Source: Octopus sinensis (taxonomy: Eukaryota). From it: DNA of 64,000 nt. Made by a program: the position numbers and the translations under genes. Where the stretch lies: assembly GCF_006345805.1 (NCBI RefSeq), contig NC_042997.1:37200001-37264000 (forward strand). Reading direction: 5' to 3'. Each line of letters begins with the position of its first letter. Position 1 is the first letter of the stretch. Under the pieces are notes generated by a model. The model was not told the DNA's origin, did not search any database, and saw nothing but the letters and a program-made list of their open reading frames with translations. Positions 54,363 to 64,000 of this stretch are shown here, in pieces.

Positions 54363-55809
54363 CAAATACATATGTATTTATGCATACCTATATGCGTGTG
54401 TAATATATGTATGTGTATGTATGTATTTATGTATGTACGTGCATATGTATAAATATTTGCTTATATATGTTTGTGTATGTGTTGCTACTCCTAACATTTA
54501 ATCCAATACAACCTGTAACCAACCTACTGTTGGTTCAACGACTATCTAATAATAGCCCTTACCCTCAAAATTCCCTGGTTAGTGACCGGCGAGCCGGTAG
54601 ACCTACGGGAGTGAGGCTCCTCTTAAAGCATATCTCTTGGACGAGGTCAGACTCAATTAAGACCAGACAGGCAGGGAAGTCCATTTGGAGGAACATTTGC
54701 CTGTGCCGCTCCCATGTCCCTACGCATGCGACCAATTTTGGCACTGGATATCTTACCCTGGCTTGTGCGTGGAATATGGCAGTTGGGTGTAAAGAGCTTC
54801 TATGCGTTATAATCTGAAATGCAAGATCTTTCTACCCTGTGGACGGAGGCTTTATCTACACAACATTTATTTGCCTCAATCTCTGGCTGCATATCTACCA
54901 ACATTATAATGGACACCCAAATCCCAAGAAACACCTGTTAGATTTATAACACTTTACCTCCTCCACTTTAATTTTCTCTGTCGTTTGCACCCTGAGTACG
55001 TTTGATATATCAGTATGCAAATATTTATATACACGGCGTCCCATATTATCAGGCAACTTGATCTTCTCTCAATAAATGAATGCATATTCCTGCATATTTC
55101 TGTTGTAACAGGTTTAACATTCCTGGCGCCTGCCTAATAATTTGGGACAGCGGGAATGATGGTACTACGTGACAAAGGCCACCGTTTTCGTCTGCGCAGA
55201 TCCGATTTATTTTAACATAATGTGCGCAGATAGGTATTGCCAACAGTTAGTGGGAAAACAACTAAATTTGAACGAATATACATGTATTTACTGAGAGAAT
55301 GTTGATTTGCCTAATAATGTGGGACGCAGAGAATTTATAATTAAATATTCATCGTCAGAAAAATTTCAGTCTTAGCTTTCTTTCCTTTTACAAACGCACA
55401 CGCACACACACTCACAGACACCCATACACAAACACACATACGAACACACGCACACACACATATTTATTGAATGTTAAACCCAAGTTGTAATATTTAATTT
55501 GTTTACCCACATAGTTGCCTCTCTCTCTCTCTCTGTGCTTGTATGTAGTATGCATGTATATATAAGTAGGTAGGTAGACAGGCATTATGTAGAGATATGT
55601 AGGCAAGCAGACATAGCATTATGTATTTAGCTATATGAGAAGTTTACCGGCGATTTTACTTCATATTTTCAGTGCGAAAGTGTCTTAGTTAATCATTTGC
55701 AGCCGAATATATGTGGTATTTATTTAATTTAATTTTCTTTCCTATAAGAGAGTGTAATTTTCATATGGAAGTGCCCAACAGAATTGTGGCAGTGAGTATT
55801 AATGTGTAC

Positions 55810-55827
55810 TAGTTATGTATGTATATA

Positions 55828-55907
<80 letters not shown>

Positions 55908-55941
55908 ATTATATATATATATATATAATATAATATATATG

Positions 55942-55995
<54 letters not shown>

Positions 55996-56065
55996 TATAT
56001 ATATATATATATTATATAATATATATATGTATATATATGTATCTATATATATATATATACATATA
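55810..56065. repeat. Long interrupted (TA)n microsatellite
   Basis: Directly visible. Confidence 0.95.
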
Positions 56066-56127
56066 TATCATATATGGCCACAGTTCATTAGCTGAAAATG
56101 AAAAATCAAAATCAAAAATCAAATATA

Positions 56128-56167
<40 letters not shown>

Positions 56168-56169
56168 CA

Positions 56170-57140
56170 CAGCAACATAAAAATCTTGCAGATGACTCCA
56201 AGCTACAGAAGGTCATAAATGAGGCGAGTGACCGGACATGCCTTCAGTCAGATCTACTGCTGTTATCCAATGGGCAGAAAAAAACAATATGCTGCTGAAC
56301 GAGGATAAATTTGAGCTAATCCACTTTGGAAAAGAGGATGCTCTGAAACTCCCATACTCCCTTCCTTCAGGTGAAACTCTCGCGGCGTCCAACAACATCA
56401 GAGTTGGGAGTAATTGTGGACAACAACGTAAGCTGGGCCACTCATATAAACACCAAAGTTGACATGGCCCGCAGAATGTGTTCCTGGATTCTCAGAACTT
56501 TCCAGTCGAGAGATATCCACACCATTATCCTTCTCTTCTCCACTTTTGCCGACCCCACCTGAATACTGTTGTCCACTGTGGTCTCCCCACCAATACAAGG
56601 TATCATAAAAGTTGAAGCACCTCAAAGGGCAATCACAAAAAGATAGATGGCATGACAGGCCTCGACTATTGGGGTCGACTAGAAAAGCTAAAACTCTATT
56701 CTCTCCAACGTCGTCGTGAGCGCTACATCATCTGCATGATGTGGAAAATATTCCATCAGCATTGCCCAAATGATGTTGGCATCACCTTTAGGTACATCTA
56801 AGGCTTGGGCCCCGTGCCATCCGCCCAAAACAAAAATCGCACTCTCATCTCATAACAACAATACGGCACAATTATTTCACCTCAATTGGCCCCGCTCTCT
56901 TAACATTACACCAAAACACATTAAAACAGAAACTGACCCTATAGGGTTCAAGAGTCTTGGGACAGATTCCTTCAAGAAATCCGGATAAACCCCCTACCCG
57001 GATATGTCCTTAAACAAGAATCCTACTTGAGTGGGCCATAGTGCCCAAATTCTGACTTGAAAGACTCACCAGGTGTGTGCTATTAGTTAGACATGGCCTG
57101 GGCCAATAATGCCGAACCAAATCAAAGTATAAAGTAAGTA
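56170..57140 (+). mobile_element. 5'-truncated CR1/L2-group LINE (RT C-terminal half and 3' UTR)
   Basis: LADDSKL...WAEKNNMLLNEDKFELIHFG...LGVIVDNNVSWATHI...RPHLEYCCPLWSP...RRRERYII; frameshifted; short repeated tail. Confidence 0.9.
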
Positions 57141-57144
57141 TCAA

Positions 57145-57186
<42 letters not shown>

Positions 57187-57187
<1 letters not shown>

Positions 57188-57583
57188 CAATTAAGGAACG
57201 GGCCTAATAGGCCATTCACCCACTAGAAAACAGCCAAGTTCTACCGCAAATAAGATCAATCGTAAAACAGAGAAAAATTAAAAAAACATTTACCATGTAA
57301 TTTCTTGTACGGTATACCGTTTCATCCGTTGTTAATGGTGTAAACCAACCTAATTAAATTAAATCAAGCCAATCTTCATAAGCCCTCGGATTCATCCGAG
57401 GGCTTATGATTGGCTTGATTTAATTTAAAGGTTGGACCATTAAACAACGGATGAAACGGTTACCGTAAAGAAATTACAGGTAATGGTTTTTTAATTTTCT
57501 CCTGTTTACGGATTGTCTTATTGCGTGAAGCTTTGGCTGTTATTTCTAGTGGGTGAATGGCCTATATGGCCGTTCCTAATTGT
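57187..57583. repeat. Fold-back palindrome: about 200-bp arms, 4-nt loop TTCA (57391-57394)
   Basis: agccctcgga-TTCA-tccgagggct centre; the arms match in reverse complement with scattered small indels; partial hammerhead features (GAAA-CGGTATACCG-T-A). Confidence 0.92.
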
Positions 57584-57683
57584 ATGTTGAACTTAAAAAT
57601 GGTCATGACTATGTAATTTTTCCGCTGGCCGCGGGGCAATAAAATGCTACAAAATTTCCTGCCACCCTATATTGATAATTATA

Positions 57684-57728
<45 letters not shown>

Positions 57729-57999
57729 TATGTATGTATGTATATATCAATAATACATCATTGTATCTTATCAGGAACAAAATGTTTACTAGGACTGCTA
57801 TAGAAGTGCTCAATTGAATGAGACAAATATATCAAACTAAAGTTATAGAACAAACAAATGCGTATCATAAACTTTCTTATATGCTTGTACAGATGAATTA
57901 TATTCCATCTTCCGTGATGTCTAAATGTATATTCTATGATTAAATGTTCGAGTTATGAAATGTTATTCGATGACCTTGCATTTGTTTGTTCTATAACTT

Positions 58000-58042
58000 C
58001 AGTTGTATATATATATAATATGTACATATATATTCATATATA

Positions 58043-58137
<95 letters not shown>

Positions 58138-58202
58138 CTTGTTCTATAACTTCAGTTATATATATATATATACATATATAATATATATATAAATAGATAT
58201 AT

Positions 58203-58239
<37 letters not shown>

Positions 58240-58311
58240 TATATACATATATATATCTATATATCTATATATAGATAGATAGATAGAGTTAATAGATATC
58301 ATATTATAATA

Positions 58312-58357
<46 letters not shown>

Positions 58358-58367
58358 TATATATAAT

Positions 58368-58420
<53 letters not shown>
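58000..58420. repeat. (TA)n/(TAGA)n tracts with a short duplicated unique segment (about 57983 and 58135)
   Basis: ttgttctataacttcagtt appears twice, separated by (TA)n. Confidence 0.85.
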
Positions 58421-58423
<3 letters not shown>

Positions 58424-59674
58424 AGAAGAAAGCAGGACTGTCCTCCACGTACTCTAAATAACTGAGTATGACTGAACATCTAGCAACCACATTTTCTAAA
58501 TTCTTCGCCGATCATTTTTGATAAAATGTGCCCCTGTCATTGAGTTTTATAAACATTTAATGCCCTTAAACCTGTTTTCTACTTCGCAAATTTAAACTGT
58601 TACAATGCCATTCTTTTATATACGTTTACACCACAGCTAAACAAAAATTTCTTGAAAATATTTTGGTACGTATGTAAATAAATTTTACGAATTCAGATGC
58701 ATTTTCAAAAACCAATTCTAATGTGTGTGTGTGTATGTGTGTGTCTTTATGTTTTATTGGTGTGTTTGTGTGTGTGTGTGTGTACACATTGTCATTTTAG
58801 ACTTCATTTACTCTCGAAACTGAACTAAAACCACTTCTTTGAGTTATATACAAAGATTATAAACGTCAATATGCTGGCGTGCAATTTGCACAGCATAATT
58901 AGAAAAGATGTATACTTTGTGTCAGACGTAGATGTAATAATATAAACAGTATCGATGTCGTATACGTGTTTGCTTAAGCATATTTAAGCTACGGTACTTT
59001 GCCCACAGATATCGATATTTCTCTGTTGTTTAATTTCTTTGGTTCCACATATTCGTGTCACAACGTAAACGGTTTCAAATCGCTGACCTGGCGTATATAT
59101 TTTCTTCCAGCATAAAAAGCACCTCTTCATGTTACAATAAATTGGTAAGAAACATTGAAAGGAATAAAATTAAATTTTGATAATAAGAGTTCATATATTT
59201 TTCTTATTAAGGGATATAATGCTATATTTCGTGTCCTGCTTCTTGCTGTTCCTTCTTATCCTGGTATTTGCTACTAGTAACAACCAGAAAGGCACGAAAT
59301 ACAGAAACAAGTGATCTATAAGAAAAATACTTGTGCTTCCAGAACTGATAATATGAAATAATGATTTACTCCAATTTTCTTTCCATTTAATTCCGGCTTG
59401 AAGAGATCGTCTTAAGTGACCGAAACAGCTATATATTTCCTTTCCAATTTCCTTGATAAGTTTTCTCAGAATTTCCATTTCCTTCTTAGTTTTCAATGTA
59501 TATCTACTCGCGTGTAACAGGTGTATGTGTATGTGATGTGTGTAACAGATGTATGAGCGTGTAAATGTGTGTGCGTGTGTTTGAAAATGTGTGTTTGTGT
59601 ATTTGCGTGCGTGGGTATATATGTATTTATACATGCATGGATGCATTTACGTATATATATATATATATATATAT

Positions 59675-59730
<56 letters not shown>

Positions 59731-59807
59731 CACATATACATATATATTTTATATATACTTATATATGTATGTATATATATATATAATATATACCCGTATA
59801 TATATAT

Positions 59808-59841
<34 letters not shown>

Positions 59842-60324
59842 ATTATATTATATATATATATATATAATATATATATATATATTATATATGTATATCGCGC
59901 ATATATATGTGCGTGTATATAATATGAATATACGAGTGTATGTATATTTGTGTGTCATTATTCAGTTTATTTCAAGATTTCTTGTCGATGTAAGCGTGTT
60001 TGTTTGTATGTACGTCCGTATGTATGTGAACATTTTTATGTTTTATAAATGCATTCCCATGCATATATTTGCGTATCTAGACATGTTCAAATATATTTAG
60101 AGGATAAGCTTCTGGAAAGTTGTAGAGATTTTAACAGTTCCAGTGATGGATGCTATCCGTTGTCTTCGAATTAGCGTTCTCCTTTCTGGCTTTGTGAAGC
60201 CTAATTTCTCAAGATCGGTATTTAAGCAGAGCTTCGCATATCACGGATCCCCAATAGCTAAATGTATAAACCTGAACTTGTAATCTTCATAGAGTAACTT
60301 CAGATTTCTGAATAGTTCAACATA

Positions 60325-60762
60325 AGCGCAGGAGTGACTGTGTGGTAAGTAGCTTTCTAACCAACCACATGGTTCCGCGTTCAGTCCCACTGCGTCGCAA
60401 CTTGGGCAAGTGTCTTCTGCTATAGTCCCAGGCCGACCAATGCCTTGTGAGTGGATTTGGTAGACGGAAACTGAAAGAAGCCTGTCGTATATATGTATAT
60501 ATATATATATATTATATATTATATTATATCTATATATATGTATGTGTGTGTATGTGTTGTCTCCCTAGCATTGCTGATAACCGATGCTGGTGTGTTTACG
60601 TCCCCGTCACTTAGCGGTTCGGCAAAAGAGACCGATAGAATAAGTACTGGGCTTACAAAGAATAAGTCCCGGGGTCGATTGCTCGACTAAAGGCGGTGCT
60701 CCAGCATGGCCGCAGTCAAATGACTGAAACAAGTAAAAGAGTAAAAGAGTAAAGAGTAAAGA
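60325..60762 (+). mobile_element. Type-B SINE, full length
   Basis: A/B boxes, internal microsatellite and (GAGTAAA)n tail. Confidence 0.9.
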
Positions 60763-60764
60763 TC

Positions 60765-61135
60765 ATTTCCACTGATCTTCAGTTAATTGCCACAACTGTG
60801 CACAATTTCTCTTCTCTATCCCGTATCAGGTCGGTTGTGCTTACATTTTATTGTGGTTTTCACTGGTACGTTCCACCAATATTCCTTTTTATTATGGGTG
60901 GCTGTCGCTTCTACCATATTGTGGGTTCTTATTTTTGTGTCCTCTGGATTATACTTCCGACGGATTTCATTAAAGAATGTCCTAGCTACGACATAATGTC
61001 TCATCGGTAGATAATACCGTGATGACATTTTTGAACAACTGCTTATGATGTGCGTGACATATTCAGTGTGAACTTCGCAAAGTCTGCATCGGTTGTCACA
61101 TTTTATGGCCTTCCCTGCTTTATTATTTAGTTGGG
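60765..61135 (-). mobile_element. Possible mariner N-terminal relic
   Basis: Weak similarity to the mariner N-terminus (AVVQK..., DR..., LKIS.G) across frames. Confidence 0.3.
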
Positions 61136-61751
61136 AATAAGGTTAGTTTTCGATGTTTTTATAAAGTTACAGTTATTAACCTCTTTCAATGTTCTACAAA
61201 TGTTGCTTGTTGACGTAGTTGCTTCGCAGTAAAATGATTTAATTCCGGACGCAGATGCAGAACGTTCCAATGTGATTTCAATCGATTCATATAGCCAAAA
61301 GCGGGGTTTTATTTCGCTTTTTCGAAGCAGTTACATTTGATTATTATTCAATTCATAACTCGAAGAGAAATGAGTTTTGTAGTTACGGATTTACGGATTC
61401 TTCTATACCTACAGTTAGAAAGAATTTGTTTACCTGTTAAACTGTTGCTTCCGTTTTCTTCCTCGATTGTGTTGTTGTTCATGTTGTGTCCAGCCATGTG
61501 GCTTGTAGTAACTCTCTGCATGCTAAATTCAAGTTTCAGTAAAAAAAAAATCACTATGATGGTGAGTAAAAGTCGTCGTCAGTTAATTCATCTGAAGATT
61601 AACTAGTTATTTAACAAGGGTGATAGTTGTGGCGACAAAATTGGGGACAGTATTAATCGTATTTTCAATGAATAGTCTCCCACACCAACTACACGACTTG
61701 CCGCTACGAGTAGGGTATTATATATATAATATATATATATATATATTATAC

Positions 61752-61790
<39 letters not shown>

Positions 61791-62520
61791 TATATATATA
61801 TATATATATATGGTTATTATGAAAAGACAGTGGTCTGCTGAGGTTAGCAGCTGCAGTTATATTTGATAAGATGCGAGGTGACAACTGCGTTGATGCGTTG
61901 TTATCGCTGTGTTTGTACCTAAGGGAATGTATATATCTACAAATTTATTCCTATACTCCCCCGTCGAAACCACGTACAAGCATTCTCCATTTTGTCGAAC
62001 GACCTGCACAAAGGATTTTTTAAAGGTTATCAAATGTTCGTGCCGCACATTAGCTCACTCCAACCATCAGGTAGCGAGATAATCGCTTTGCAACATGAGA
62101 TGAGATGTTTTTGCTCAAAAATACAACACACTACCCGGTCTAAAAATTGAAGTCACGATCGCTAGATCGTGAATGCAATACTCCAACCACTAAGCTATAC
62201 GTCCTCATATATATACATACACATACATACAATTATGCATACATACATACATACACAAACACACGCACACACACACACACAGAACACACACGCATATATA
62301 TATAATCATTTCAAGGATATCTAATCCTCATTAAGGTTTAATAAATCCAAACTTTCACTAGTTGTTTACATACAAATACATGCAAGATTACATATATACA
62401 CATATACATGCATATATGTGCATTTATACATGCGTGTGTATATCTGTGTGCATCTATGTCTACATAGAATTTTCATAGTATCTTGTTTATATACTGTCTT
62501 TTTCTTTTTACTTTTTGATA

Positions 62521-62830
62521 TGGAGAGCTGACAGAAGCGTCAGCACGTCGGGAAAAATGCTTAGCGGCATGCATCCGTCTTTACGTTCTCATTTCAAATT
62601 TCGCCGAGGTAACTTTACCTTTCATTCTTTGGGTGACAATAAAATAAGTACCTATTTCTTTATTACCCACAAGGGGCCAAACACAGAGGGGACAAACAAG
62701 GACAGACAACGGATTAAGTCGATTATATCGACCCCAGGGCGTAACTGGTACTTAATTAATCGACCCCGGAGGGATGAAAGGCACATTTGAGCACTGTAAT
62801 CGACTTGACCCTTCCCCGAAATTTCTGGCC
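62521..62830. mobile_element. Type-A SINE (+) interrupted by a 5'-truncated type-A SINE (-) at 62650-62785
   Basis: Head on + (gagagctgacagaagcgtcagcacg), then the reverse-complement tail (attacccacaagggg...gatgaaaggca), then the + body resumes (tgtaatcgacttgaccc). Confidence 0.75.
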
Positions 62831-63791
62831 TCATTACATACATTCATATTAATAAGCTTAGAAATGCAAATAAACATTGTTATCCACATCCACTTTATTA
62901 AATTTATGTTAAAGAGTTGTAAAATCTTAAATAAAAGATCGACAAAAGACTACACAGAATTGTAGTTACATAAAACCTCAGATATATTTCAGGCGTGTAT
63001 TCCTTGTCTAAAGTGTAGATACACAAGAAAATCATTAAGTCTAACTAATTCAGTTTTTGAAAGAACCCATTTTAGCTCTTCAGATATATTAATAACTCCC
63101 TGTATTTAAGACTTAGAAGTGTGTGTGTATATTTACTGTTTGGTTTGTTTCATTATATCCTGAGCAGTAGACTGTATATTATACGAAAATAGCTGAAAAT
63201 ATCAAAACATTTTTGGCAAAAGCTCTATAAGTTGAACCAAGCGTGGAATTTTATGAGAATTATGTGACTGAATATAGCTGATTTTAACTAAACCAGCACG
63301 TATGATGTGATTAATGTTTGCATGTAATATAACACAGCTTCGTGACAAAAGCTGTATACATAAGTTTGGATCGAATGGAATAAGCATTTCTTTTCTTTGT
63401 TCAGTTTGACTTACGACTTTGAAAAGTGGAGAAGAGGACACAGTTACCAGTTTTACATTTGATCCTTTATTTGCTGTAATCGTTATATCAACTGCTGAAA
63501 TATATAAAAATCCAAGAGACTTGGATTCAAAGAATTGCATTAGATTCATATCAAATTTTTATTTCCTATCATTGTAGGTGTTATCTGTCAAATTTTTATT
63601 ATATATTTATTCTAAAACCGAACCTGGGGTTTCAATTTCCTTGCATCTAGGAAAAATACATAAATCTTCAAATATAATAATCAACAGAGAAAATTTAGCG
63701 TAGGTGTGGGTATATTGTTGATATGTGGTAAAAAGAGTGTTCACTTTTATATATATATGTGTGTGTGTGTGTATGTGTGTGTGTGTGTGTA

Positions 63792-63828
<37 letters not shown>

Positions 63829-63839
63829 TATATACATCA

Positions 63840-63871
<32 letters not shown>

Positions 63872-64000
63872 CCTATATATACATATATATATATATACCT
63901 ATATATACACATATACACATATATATACACATATATATGCATATATACAAACGAAAACAAACATGGAGTGTTATTAGACCTGAACGAGAAGAAAAGAGTG

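Noticed and set aside
55038-55148. 18-bp imperfect inverted repeat (possible tiny Tc1-like MITE)
   Set aside because: Only about 15/18 matches, no clear TSD and no second copy in the window.

Overview
Very AT-rich, microsatellite-dense eukaryotic DNA. The SINE and LINE repertoire looks like an octopus (coleoid cephalopod) genome; this is inferred from recognised repeat types, not from a search. Nearly all long ORFs in the track are (TA)n/(CA)n artefacts. The real content is: (i) one probable first coding exon of an unidentified host gene on the minus strand (5135-5197, MTSRPDSKSRSKASTGVLLRK, followed by a GTGAGT donor) with a CpG-richer 5' region; (ii) many transposon relics: R4/Dong-like, CR1-group and RTE LINEs, several Penelope-like elements (PLEs), Tc1/mariner/maT copies, MITEs and four tRNA-derived SINE types; (iii) a 998-bp tandem duplication. 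The most striking pattern is a series of fold-back inverted repeats at about 10.6-11.2, 12.1-12.6, 16.2-19.0, 47.0-47.5 and 57.2-57.6 kb. Their arms carry minimal type-I hammerhead ribozyme motifs (partial or degenerate at 10.6 and 57 kb), always in the same outward-facing polarity and mostly embedded in (TA)n tracts. One PLE lineage here uses a compensatory U3-A8 catalytic core (UUGAAAA) instead of CUGANGA. Ribozyme activity, transcription and family names are untested. Coordinates of degenerate repeats are approximate.
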